From: Candidatus Aenigmatarchaeota archaeon
GTDB taxonomy: Archaea > Aenigmatarchaeota > Aenigmatarchaeia > QMZP01
Direction of reading: 5' to 3'
Assembly: GCA_043824495.1 (NCBI GenBank)
Contig: JBDRSV010000024.1
Coordinates: 91,056 to 155,055 of the forward strand
Length of the DNA stretch: 64,000 nt
A program made the position numbers and the translations under genes. The notes below the pieces were generated by a model that saw only the letters and a program-made list of their open reading frames with translations, did not search any database and was not told the origin of the DNA. Shown here in pieces: positions 37,590 to 47,034 of the stretch (position 1 is the stretch's first letter; each line of letters begins with the position of its first letter).

Positions 37590-37696
37590 TTCAAATCTAT
37601 TTTCAGTGTCAAACAAACCTATTTAAATAAAACAGACCACTTTCTATTGGAACTAATTAAATATATACCAACTGAAACCAATAATTAATAGTTCAT

Positions 37697-38329
37697 ATGC
37701 TTATGGACGAACGAAAACCAGAAATAAAAATTGTAGATAGGTCATTCTTACTTTACCTTCTATCGAAGGCCCAAGAAGCTAAAGCAGAATTAGGTAGAAC
37801 CTTATTACAGAAATTTGTTTTCGCTACTGAGGTTACTACGAAAGGAAAGGGTGGTGGAGGGCTAAATTATTATATTTATAAATGGAAACATGGTCCATTT
37901 AGCAAAGAGCTTGCACAAGATAGAGAAGTTCTTCTAAAAAACAATTTAATAACAGATAGTAATGAACTTACAAAAGAAGGGCATAAAATATTATCATATA
38001 TTAATCCCATTGTTGATAAAGATTCGGAATCTAAAGCCGTAATAAGTGTAATAACTAAAACTCTTTCTGGGAGAAGCTTGTCTCATATATTAGAAATTAT
38101 TTATAAGTCCGATTTTGATCTCCCAAATGGGAAAAGAATGAAAATAAAGACAATACCAGAGGGGACTCCAATGATTTTCAGATCGGAAGAACGAGATGTT
38201 AAAAACAGATCTCTCTTCACAGAATCTACGATAGAAACACTGGCCATAATGATGAATAAGGAAAAACATTCTTCTCTTAAGAAAGCCATGTCAATGCCGA
38301 TGATAGGAGAATTCAAATATGATATATGA
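37697..38329 (+). CDS. Panacea-domain (DUF4065, SocA-like) putative antitoxin
   Basis: LQKFVFATEV...GLNYYIYKWKHGPFSKEL fits the DUF4065 pattern. Confidence 0.5.
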   Translation: MLMDERKPEIKIVDRSFLLYLLSKAQEAKAELGRTLLQKFVFATEVTTKGKGGGGLNYYIYKWKHGPFSKELAQDREVLLKNNLITDSNELTKEGHKILSYINPIVDKDSESKAVISVITKTLSGRSLSHILEIIYKSDFDLPNGKRMKIKTIPEGTPMIFRSEERDVKNRSLFTESTIETLAIMMNKEKHSSLKKAMSMPMIGEFKYDI

Positions 38330-38724
38330 TAAAAAAAAGATTTCTTGAAACTAGCGGATTTCGTGAATTCTTCCAAAGTTTGAGCGATTTCGACAAAAAA
38401 AATGTTAAAAAAATTATAGAAAAAATAAGAGAACGTGTGGAGTATAATATACTTAAACCAGATAGTTTTCTTCGCTATGAGTTTGCAGGCACGCGGAAAG
38501 AAAGAAGAGAAAGACTTAGAGTATTCTATCGCGTGTGTGAGGAATGCCGAAGACTAGGTCATGATAAAATCGAAGGCAGATGTCACGATTGCCCAAGAGA
38601 AGACGATATCATTTGTCTTATATGGGGAGACGATATTCGAGACGATGAAACATATAAAGATAAAACAATGCTTGACAGACCAGGAGCTAAAATAGATAAG
38701 AGGTCAAATGAATTCTGTGAATGA
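38326..38724 (+). CDS. HigB/Gp49-like (RelE/ParE superfamily) putative toxin with Zn-ribbon insertion
   Basis: FFQSLSDFDKKNVKKIIEKI...ILKPDSFLRYEFAGTRKE..RLRVFYRV pattern. CEEC...CHDC insert. ATGA overlap with the Panacea gene. Confidence 0.4.
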   Translation: MIKKRFLETSGFREFFQSLSDFDKKNVKKIIEKIRERVEYNILKPDSFLRYEFAGTRKERRERLRVFYRVCEECRRLGHDKIEGRCHDCPREDDIICLIWGDDIRDDETYKDKTMLDRPGAKIDKRSNEFCE

Positions 38725-38761
38725 ATTAATTTTTTATTTTACGGCGATTTTGGCCTAAAAC

Positions 38762-38995
38762 CTATCTATCAACAGTCTCTACCCACGGCGCTTTTCTCTC
38801 AGGCAGTTTACTTCCTTTGATCACTATCTTGAATTTTAGTGGATTAGTAATATGCTTTCTGAATTCGTCTTTCCTCATTTCTGTCAAGTGTCTGACTATC
38901 TCAACAACATTGAGTCTGTATTCTTCGCTGAATCCTTCTTTTGGTGGTTTAGGGTCCTTTATTCTAATGTCTTTTAGAATTATATCTACCATCAT
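38762..38995 (-). CDS. hypothetical protein
   Basis: 77 aa, same strand as the RM enzyme operon. Confidence 0.3.
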   Translation of the reverse strand: MMVDIILKDIRIKDPKPPKEGFSEEYRLNVVEIVRHLTEMRKDEFRKHITNPLKFKIVIKGSKLPERKAPWVETVDR

Positions 38996-39018
38996 TATAT
39001 TTGGAGCAAAGAAATAAA

Positions 39019-39324
39019 TTAGCTTTCAATTCGCGTGGGGAGCCCCGATTCTCTGAGGCGTTTTATACGTTCCTCATGAGTCATTTTACCTGTGCCTCTT
39101 TCTATAGAGTCCTTTATTTCTGTTTTAGATGCTTTGCATTCAGGACATTTGGTATGGACATCGAGCTTTTCTGGATGATATTTTGGTATCAATTTACTTC
39201 TTCCTGCAGCATGAGCTCTCCCTTCGCTATACCAATCAAGTGTTTTGGTAATATCAATATCCGCCTTTTTACAGAATGGGCACCTGATACTTTCTCTTGT
39301 AAATTCAGGTTTTGATCTTGTCAT
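39019..39324 (-). CDS. Zn-ribbon protein (CPFC...CPEC)
   Basis: Two CxxC pairs. Immediately downstream of the RM enzyme gene. Confidence 0.4.
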   Translation of the reverse strand: MTRSKPEFTRESIRCPFCKKADIDITKTLDWYSEGRAHAAGRSKLIPKYHPEKLDVHTKCPECKASKTEIKDSIERGTGKMTHEERIKRLRESGLPTRIES

Positions 39325-39329
39325 ATATC

Positions 39330-42056
39330 TTATATTTTCTCTATTATTTTCTTCTCTTCTTCTGTTATCCCGTATATTCTATATATATATGAATCTATTT
39401 CTTTGTCAATTCTTTGTATCTCATTTTCTATATGTACTCTTCTATCCGTTTTTTTGTCACCTATCTCATTTAAACTGTTATTCATAGAAATTATTTTATC
39501 AACTAAGTTAATGACATCTTTCTCTGTTTCTTTACTAACTAGTTTAATAGGAAATTTCTTCGTATTAGCAATTAGTATTTTTTGGAATAGCCTTTTTGAA
39601 GGATCTAAATATTTCTCTTTATGGTAAAAAGTCATTAGCTTTGAGTTTAAAATTGCTAGAATATATTTAATTTGATCAGAACTACCGTTCTTGGGTATTA
39701 TATTAAATCCTATTTGTGTGTTATATAACTCCTTTTCGGTATATCCAGCGTATATTTTTGGAGGTTTACCACTGATAATCTGTCTCACGACTATACGAGG
39801 TTTTAAGAAAAATCTCTGTTCTCTGGGAGCGCCTAGCCATTTCCCATAACTAATATATTCTGTTTGGTTCCATTTTATACCATATCTTATAATGCCTGCT
39901 CCAGATAAGAGGGGTTTGAAAGTTTCATTCTTTTTTGTTTCTGAATGAAAAACTTTATTTTTTATTTGATCTTGTGTATGACCTTTGTATTTATCATAAG
40001 GTGTTAATCCTAGCGAGAAATCGCACAAATCTATCAAAGGTTTTGTACCTTCTTCAATCTTTTTAATTATTTTACTTATAGTAGGATTTCGAGATATATT
40101 GATAATGTTATCACGACTCCAGTCTAGTTGATTAAATGTTGTGTATGTATTGCAATTTTCTTTGTCTATGAAACTTATCTTTTCTTCACTAGGATAAATC
40201 AAAAGTTCACATTTAGTACTTTTTGTTGGCTTCTTTTTTTGGTATATGAGTATTATGGTCTCTACTTTAGCCTTCTCAAAAACATTATCAGGAAGTCTCA
40301 CAATCTTTTTAAGAGTCGCTTCGTTTAATAGTAATTTTCTTATTTTTGAATATGATTGATTATATAGGATTGAATTCGGTATAATAAAACCGAAGTATCC
40401 TCCATTCTTTAGTAGACGGAAAGATTTTTCAACAAAAACTGAGTACAGATTCATTCTATTTTCTACTGTTTCATATGCCGAAAATAAATATTTAACAATT
40501 AGAGGATCTAGCTGTTTTATATCTACATACGGTGGATTACCAATTATAATATCAAAGGAACCTCCTTCAAAATCGTCTATCCATTTAAAAGAGTCTAATC
40601 CAGCAACCTCTTCAGCATCTATTAAACTGTTTCCATGACATATATGAGTATCAATCTCTGTGGGTAGTTTTCTTCCCTTTTCTGCAGCCTTCAGTAATAA
40701 ATTCAGTTTTGTTATTTCTACTGCTTTATTGTCTAAGTCCACACCGTAAAAGTTATTCTTAAGCATGTGTGTTTTAACTGAATAAATTCCCTGATAATCT
40801 AATCTCATTTGTTTTGCTTCTGGTTTTTGCATCATACTATTCAACAAATGATCAAAAGACTTTATTAAGAATGAACCAGAACCACACGCAGGGTCTAATA
40901 TTTTAATTTCTAATGGCTTCGTTTTTTTATCTGTTATTAACTCTCCTAAAGTGTTTCTAATAATATAATCTACTACATAAGTCGGTGTGTAATAAATGCC
41001 TTGTTCCTTTCTATGTAGTCTCGAATCTCTTAATTGAGCTTTCCCTGATTTCTTTTGATCAAGAATTAGACCCAAGTATTGCTCATAAACTTGACCTAGA
41101 ACATCAGCATCTATCCAGTCAAAATTATAAATGTATGTTTTGTCTTTCGATTCGTATAAATAATAAATTAAATTTTTAATTATAGATCCGTTGATATTGA
41201 TTGTATCACAATCATTATCTCTCGATATAGCAAACAAACCACTGTTATATACATCATCATATGTTTTGAATATTTCCTTCAGTTTTGTGTAAGCTTTACT
41301 ATCATGTAGGTGTTTTATATCGCTAAGTATAACACCATCAGGATTTATGTTTATGTCTTCACAGCGTCGAATAAATATAAGTCTGTCTAGAATTCTCTGG
41401 ACTATATCATCCTTCTCATCAATAGAATACTTTTTTGCATAGGTTTTCTCAATGTCGCTAGCAATTAAACTTCTTATAAGCATCAAATCATTAAGCAGGG
41501 TTTTATCGATAGAAACCCTTTTCTTCAATCTACCTTCATCTTCAGCTTTTTTAAGGATAATATTTTCTTCAAAACTGTTTTTTGATAAGAAAAGCAAATC
41601 TTCAAAGCTGTTGATATAATCTTCTGGGGTATTGAAAACTCGGAATTTATTTCTTATAGAATTTTCTTCCTCTACACAAAATATTCTTGTTTCTTCAAAG
41701 TTGGTTGATACTGCAAAAGGTACTCTCTTTGATAGTGCATATGATATTACTTGTTTATCCGCTTCTCTATCTAAAGATACACCAACCTTTTTGACTTCAA
41801 GAAAGAAAACAGTTCTGCCATTAATCTTAAAGGCGTAATCTGCGCGTCCTCTTTGACTTCCTCTATGTGCTTGAGACTGTTTATCAAAATCATTTCGCTC
41901 CCAACCAAGCAACTGAAAAAGAGGTTCAATTAATCTAGTTTCTGTATCAGCTTCTGACAGTTTTTTATATGATTCTTTGTCAGCGTTGAATTCGTTAATT
42001 AATTTTTGAATTTCCTCCTTAATGATCTCTTTATCCATATAATTAGAATGAAACAA
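39330..42056 (-). CDS. Type IIL/IIG restriction-modification enzyme (MmeI-like fusion of PD-ExK nuclease, gamma-class N6-adenine MTase and TRD)
   Basis: N-terminal RADYAF...FFLEVKK (D..ExK). ILDPACGSGSFL (motif I). FDIIIGNPPYV (motif IV). Confidence 0.65.
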   Translation of the reverse strand: MFHSNYMDKEIIKEEIQKLINEFNADKESYKKLSEADTETRLIEPLFQLLGWERNDFDKQSQAHRGSQRGRADYAFKINGRTVFFLEVKKVGVSLDREADKQVISYALSKRVPFAVSTNFEETRIFCVEEENSIRNKFRVFNTPEDYINSFEDLLFLSKNSFEENIILKKAEDEGRLKKRVSIDKTLLNDLMLIRSLIASDIEKTYAKKYSIDEKDDIVQRILDRLIFIRRCEDININPDGVILSDIKHLHDSKAYTKLKEIFKTYDDVYNSGLFAISRDNDCDTININGSIIKNLIYYLYESKDKTYIYNFDWIDADVLGQVYEQYLGLILDQKKSGKAQLRDSRLHRKEQGIYYTPTYVVDYIIRNTLGELITDKKTKPLEIKILDPACGSGSFLIKSFDHLLNSMMQKPEAKQMRLDYQGIYSVKTHMLKNNFYGVDLDNKAVEITKLNLLLKAAEKGRKLPTEIDTHICHGNSLIDAEEVAGLDSFKWIDDFEGGSFDIIIGNPPYVDIKQLDPLIVKYLFSAYETVENRMNLYSVFVEKSFRLLKNGGYFGFIIPNSILYNQSYSKIRKLLLNEATLKKIVRLPDNVFEKAKVETIILIYQKKKPTKSTKCELLIYPSEEKISFIDKENCNTYTTFNQLDWSRDNIINISRNPTISKIIKKIEEGTKPLIDLCDFSLGLTPYDKYKGHTQDQIKNKVFHSETKKNETFKPLLSGAGIIRYGIKWNQTEYISYGKWLGAPREQRFFLKPRIVVRQIISGKPPKIYAGYTEKELYNTQIGFNIIPKNGSSDQIKYILAILNSKLMTFYHKEKYLDPSKRLFQKILIANTKKFPIKLVSKETEKDVINLVDKIISMNNSLNEIGDKKTDRRVHIENEIQRIDKEIDSYIYRIYGITEEEKKIIEKI

Positions 42057-42193
42057 ATTCTAATAAGCTTTATCTTCACCAATAATTTCTGTTTCTCCTT
42101 TTCTGCCGCTGTACAAGTTCTGGTTCAGTGCGGTTCAACTTAGTTCAACTGAACTGTAGAAAACTTTATAAGCCCTATAAACAAGGATAATGT

Positions 42194-43213
42194 ATGCAAA
42201 AAAAATATTCAGCAGATTGGCTTGAAAAAGCTGAGATTGTGAAAAGAAAAATAAAGGACCTACAACTGGATCCAGAAAATGTTAGGTTTAGCCATATACC
42301 ACAAATTCATAAGAGCACAAAAAACATAGAAGAAATAATGAAGGAGGATGACGGCATCTTTGACCTTTATGATCAAATACTTTCTTCAAATGGTATTATA
42401 GAGCCTATTGTAATTGATTCAAATAATATGGTCATCGAGGGTAATCGAAGATTAACTTGTTTGAGGCTCTTGGATGACCAGGCAAAAAAAGGAGAATTAG
42501 ATGATGAAGGCATATCTAGAACCCAGTTTGAAGAGGTGCAATGCAGACTCTTGCCTAAAATAGATGACGAAACAAGGGATCTTTTCCTTGCAACAATACA
42601 TGTGAAAGGCAAGAAGCCTTGGAAAAGATTTAATAAAGCCAAGCATATATACAGGCTTAACAGAATGCACAAAATAAGTTATGACGAAATAGCAAGACTT
42701 CTTGGGATGGGAAAAGCCACCGTCCAGAGAAATGTTTCTGTTTATGTGGAGGTCAGTAAATATCACACAAGATTCTCTGACGATAAAGAATGGTTTAAGA
42801 AATTCATGCTCTATGAGCAGTTTTTTATGAGAAAAGATTTAAGAGATTTTAGAGAAGATCAAGAAAACATAAACATTTTTGCTAAATGGGTTTATTCTGG
42901 AAAATTTCAAAATCATAAAGATATTAGAAGATTATATGAAGTCCTAAATGATGAGGACTCAAAAAATGAATTTGAAAAGACAAATATGGAGAACGCCATA
43001 AAAACATTGGAAACCAAGAATCCTGAGCTCGTAGACGCTGACTTTAAGAAAATAAACGACACTATAAGTGTTTTACAAGAAATTTCAAGAGCTAAGCTCA
43101 ATGATATTGTCTCAAACCCAGAGAAAATAAAACTATTAAATTCGCTTGAGCATGAACTGAAAAACTTACTGATTGATATAGAAAGCAGAAAAGACAGCTT
43201 AAGGAAAAAATAA
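42194..43213 (+). CDS. ParB/Srx-like nuclease-domain protein
   Basis: IEPIVIDSNNMVIEGNRRLTCLRLL is a ParB N-terminal domain motif. Divergent from the RM gene. Confidence 0.5.
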   Translation: MQKKYSADWLEKAEIVKRKIKDLQLDPENVRFSHIPQIHKSTKNIEEIMKEDDGIFDLYDQILSSNGIIEPIVIDSNNMVIEGNRRLTCLRLLDDQAKKGELDDEGISRTQFEEVQCRLLPKIDDETRDLFLATIHVKGKKPWKRFNKAKHIYRLNRMHKISYDEIARLLGMGKATVQRNVSVYVEVSKYHTRFSDDKEWFKKFMLYEQFFMRKDLRDFREDQENINIFAKWVYSGKFQNHKDIRRLYEVLNDEDSKNEFEKTNMENAIKTLETKNPELVDADFKKINDTISVLQEISRAKLNDIVSNPEKIKLLNSLEHELKNLLIDIESRKDSLRKK

Positions 43214-43310
43214 TGACCAGGGTGGTGGAAGGGGCGACTGACGGGTGGCCCTCCATAACTTCCTTTGTCAGGAAGCGAACACGGTAAAACGTGCCCTGGT
43301 CTTCATAATC
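43214..43310 (+). ncRNA. GC-rich structured element (candidate small RNA or terminator complex)
   Basis: GACCAGGGT...GCCCTGGTC terminal inverted repeat encloses hairpins GGCCCTCC and CTTCCT-ttgtc-AGGAAG. About 60% GC in an AT-rich spacer. Confidence 0.3.
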
Positions 43311-43371
43311 TTAATGTTTGATTAATATTTATATGTTATTTATATATTCTTTTTCTATCTTATTAACTAAT

Positions 43372-43590
43372 CTATAGTTTCCAATAAGTAACTCCACCTC
43401 TGGTTTTACCTCTAGATAAGTACCCGCGTTTAAATAATCTCTTAAGTGTTTTATCTGCACTATGCCAACTCATTTTCGTTCTTTTCGCTATCTTATTTGT
43501 TGTTATGGGTCTCTGGGTTCTTCTAAGAAGATTAAGTATAGCAGATTCCTTTGGACTGAATCTTGAATGTCCGTTTACCATTTTAATCAC
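43372..43590 (-). CDS. winged-helix DNA-binding protein
   Basis: ILNLLRRTQRPITTNKIAKRTKMSWHSADKTLKRLFKRGYLSRGK. Confidence 0.45.
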   Translation of the reverse strand: MIKMVNGHSRFSPKESAILNLLRRTQRPITTNKIAKRTKMSWHSADKTLKRLFKRGYLSRGKTRGGVTYWKL

Positions 43591-43849
43591 GCCTTATCAA
43601 CTTGAAGCTGACTTTAATATCTTTCTTGTCCTTAAGTGGAATTGGAGTTTCTACAGTATACTCTAAAAGATCTTCTTCAGAGAATTTTATTGCATCCGAT
43701 ATCTCTCTTGGAAACCTCACGAAAAACAAGTCTCGTGAGTCCTTGCTTATTTTTGCTGATTTTGTTATAATCTCTTTATCATATGGGAGCTCTTTTTCCA
43801 GTGATCTCTTTTTTTCAGGTTTTTCCCATTGTATGTTTTTTCTTCCCAT
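43583..43849 (-). CDS. hypothetical protein
   Basis: 88 aa, 8-nt overlap with the HTH gene. Confidence 0.35.
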   Translation of the reverse strand: MGRKNIQWEKPEKKRSLEKELPYDKEIITKSAKISKDSRDLFFVRFPREISDAIKFSEEDLLEYTVETPIPLKDKKDIKVSFKLIRRD

Positions 43850-44027
43850 ACTTAATATATTGCATGTGTTCTTTATAAAAGTTATGGTGTATTTTTAAAG
43901 CTTTGTATGCAAAATGCAAACCTTTATAAGGATAAACATTCTAAATTACATATGTAACTTACAAACTCATAAAATATAAGGAGGTGATAACGAGACTGGC
44001 GATAAGGTATAACTTCGCCAGTCTCTC

Positions 44028-45038
44028 ATGCTTATGAAAACGAAACAACTTACTTTAGATCGAGACTGGAGCCAATATAACTTGGCCCAAACACAGGAGA
44101 AACTTCTATTCATGAGAATACTGAGTGATGCCGTTAATTCCATGAATATAGAATATACATACAAAGGCAACGGAAGACCAAGCATAGGCATAGAGGACAT
44201 GATAAAAGTCCTCGTGATAAAGGTTTTCAACGGCTTCTCGCAGAGGAGGACAATACCAGATTTGTATATGGCTAAAGGTTTAGGCTACATACCTGAAGTC
44301 CCACACTTCAATTCCATAAGCAACTACTTCAACAGCACTGAATTGACTTATTATCTTGAGCAGCTCTACAGGATATTGGCTATGCCATTCATTCCTATAG
44401 AACAGTACTTTGCTATCGATTCTACTGGTTTTGGTAAATACAATACCAATTGGACTGCCAGCAAATATAAAAACGCAAGCATGAGAAGCTTCAACAAGCT
44501 GCATATAATATGCGGAGTGCGGACAAACATAATTGTGATAGCTAAAGTGACAGATGCACACCAACACGATTCTCTTCAGTTTCCTAAGATGCTTAAGGAG
44601 ACATGCAAAATATTCACAGTAAAAGAGATCTCTGCAGACAAAGGATATCTAGCACTCTATAATGTGAATGCAGCTAAAGAATTAGGCGTAGTACCCTACA
44701 TAATGCCCAAGAAGAACACAAAGTTATATTCCAAAAAGAGATGGGTGGATGGAGAGGCATGGGATAGAATGGTACTCATGTGGAGACATAAAGAGGAAGA
44801 ATTCAGAAAACACTACCATCTGAGATCGAATGTTGAGAGCAGCTTCTCAATGATGAAGAGGAAGTTTCTTCCTTTCATAAGGAGTAAGAACCCTATTGCA
44901 CAGAAGAATGAAATTCTGGCTAAGGTTGCTTGTCACAATATATCCGTTCTTGTCCACTCAATCTTTGAATTGGGTTTAAACATAGATTTTAAAAATATAG
45001 ATTCAACAGATGAAAGGAGGGAATATTATGACGCCTGA
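44028..45038 (+). mobile_element. IS4/IS5-superfamily DDE transposase
   Basis: AIDSTGF and ISADKGYLA (second D) with VESSFSMMKRKF (E) form the DDE triad. Upstream hairpin GAGACTGGCG...CGCCAGTCTC at 44000. Confidence 0.6.
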
Positions 45039-45444
45039 AGAAGGGATGAAAATATTAAACCAGTATCTAAGTGATATGAATAAATTAAGGGAGAAAAGAT
45101 ATTATGAGGGTAAAGATGAATTAAACTTACTTGATAGAAAAATAAAAACTTTCATAAATAGAGTTTTCCCAGATTATGAAGAAAGGCAGAAAGACTATTA
45201 TAGAACTGTACATGCTTGGTTTATTGCTACAATGCATGAAGAGACAGAAGAAGAAAAACAAACGGATTACATGAATCAAATAAGAAAAATGACACTATTT
45301 GTCAATACTTTGTTGGATGAATTACAAGTTTTTGGGTTGGCATCAGAAAAATTTGGACCAACAAAAACTGAGACAGAAAAAGAAATAAGCGGTGGAATTC
45401 CAGGCATTCTAAAAGGTAAATACAAACGAACTAAAAGCGAATAG
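45010..45444 (+). CDS. hypothetical protein
   Basis: 144 aa, overlaps the transposase 3' end. Confidence 0.35.
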   Translation: MKGGNIMTPEEGMKILNQYLSDMNKLREKRYYEGKDELNLLDRKIKTFINRVFPDYEERQKDYYRTVHAWFIATMHEETEEEKQTDYMNQIRKMTLFVNTLLDELQVFGLASEKFGPTKTETEKEISGGIPGILKGKYKRTKSE

Positions 45445-45513
45445 TAAAAGGTTTTTGTGCAAAGCCAAGAGTTAAACATAAACTATAAATAAAAGAAGAT
45501 ACAAGAAGTCCAC

Positions 45514-46281
45514 ATGGAACCAATTATATGTTTTGGGCAACAGCCTAATGGAATATTTCCTAAGAATTTCTTTGTGGCTAAGATAGATTCAGCTAGAAAG
45601 CTTCAGCGGGAAATTGGTGGAAAAATAATATGGTTCTGTCACGATTCAGATCATGATCACAGAGAAACAAAAACAAGAATAGAATCTAATATGCATAAAG
45701 AAGGTTTTGTTGATCTTAACTTCTCGATTAAGAACAAAACCCAAAGGAAATATACTCCTTTATACCTAAAAGAAATAACTCCGGAATGGAAAGAAGAAAC
45801 AAGAAAAATTCTAGAAAGAATTGTTTCACTAGAATTGCTTATAATATTCTATTCTGTGAATGAAACAAGAGTAGCGGATTTCTGTATAGAGATGTATAAG
45901 AGAATGGGATTACTTGATGGTATAGATATTGTAAGAAGTAGTGATCCTAGGTTTAGAGAAGAAGCAGAGAAGCCAGAAGAAGAATTCATAGATGTGGAAT
46001 ATGATGGAGAAATAGTAAGAGCTAGGTGTATGAAAGATGGGTTATATTTACATGAAGGCGGAGATAGTTACAAGAAGATGGCGGATATGTGTGATTATTC
46101 AAAGAAACAAGTCTCCGCTGCTAGAGATTCTAGGTTTCCCTGGATGCAATCTGTAATTAAAGCAACTCATTATGTGTATGGAATGTCAGAGAAAGAATAT
46201 ATAAAGAAACAACAAATAGAGATGGTTCCTAGAGATGAAATAGATAAGAAAGATTTTGCATTTATTCAATTACTTAAATAA
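45514..46281 (+). CDS. hypothetical protein
   Basis: 255 aa, N-terminal ICFGQQPNGIFP. Convergent with the LmbE-like gene. Confidence 0.4.
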   Translation: MEPIICFGQQPNGIFPKNFFVAKIDSARKLQREIGGKIIWFCHDSDHDHRETKTRIESNMHKEGFVDLNFSIKNKTQRKYTPLYLKEITPEWKEETRKILERIVSLELLIIFYSVNETRVADFCIEMYKRMGLLDGIDIVRSSDPRFREEAEKPEEEFIDVEYDGEIVRARCMKDGLYLHEGGDSYKKMADMCDYSKKQVSAARDSRFPWMQSVIKATHYVYGMSEKEYIKKQQIEMVPRDEIDKKDFAFIQLLK

Positions 46282-46944
46282 ATCTAAATTAAGTTCTAGT
46301 GGTCTATCAACTATGAAGGATTCTCCATATTTAGAACCAATTAGACTACCTACACTTTGTCTATAGAAGCTTAGTCTATCTACAACACCTTCTGTTTGTG
46401 ATTTGTGACAATTTGCTAATTCTTTCCATTTCTCAAAATAGTCTGTTACATCACATACTAGATTAGGTTCTAGATGTCTTGGAATCATGTAATAAATTAC
46501 ATGTGGAACAAAATGATGATCATGGTCTAATTTGATATTCTTGAATTTAGCTAATCTCAGTGCATGTTTCACTATATTTCCTGTAGTGAAATGATCAGAG
46601 TGAGCTACTCCATCGTGATGCCCTGCATTGTTCTCATAATATGGAGCAAATACAATATCTGGTTTATGCTTTCTAATAACGGAAGCTATTTTTTCTCTAC
46701 TTTTATAATTGTCTTCTATTTGACAATCTTTGAAACCGAGGAATTCGAAAGAAGCTCCTGCGAATTTAGCAGCTTCCTCAACCTCTTTTTCTCGTATTTC
46801 AGGAGAACCCTTTGTCCCTGCTTCACCCTTGGTTAGTACAGCTAAGCTAACCTTGAAACCCTGGTCTACTAGCTTGAGTAGGGTCCCACCCATAGCAAAT
46901 TCTACATCGTCTGGATGAGCACCAAAAATTAGAACGCTTTTCAT
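46270..46944 (-). CDS. PIG-L/LmbE family deacetylase
   Basis: IFGAHPDDVEFAMGGT and HSDHFTTG motifs. Confidence 0.7.
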   Translation of the reverse strand: MKSVLIFGAHPDDVEFAMGGTLLKLVDQGFKVSLAVLTKGEAGTKGSPEIREKEVEEAAKFAGASFEFLGFKDCQIEDNYKSREKIASVIRKHKPDIVFAPYYENNAGHHDGVAHSDHFTTGNIVKHALRLAKFKNIKLDHDHHFVPHVIYYMIPRHLEPNLVCDVTDYFEKWKELANCHKSQTEGVVDRLSFYRQSVGSLIGSKYGESFIVDRPLELNLDLFK

Positions 46945-47034
46945 GTGTATTTGTTCTCGTCTGAGTTTATATGCGTTTTTGTATAGAATATAGTGGCATA
47001 GATAGATTCAATAACTTTTGTTACTAATGAAAAT

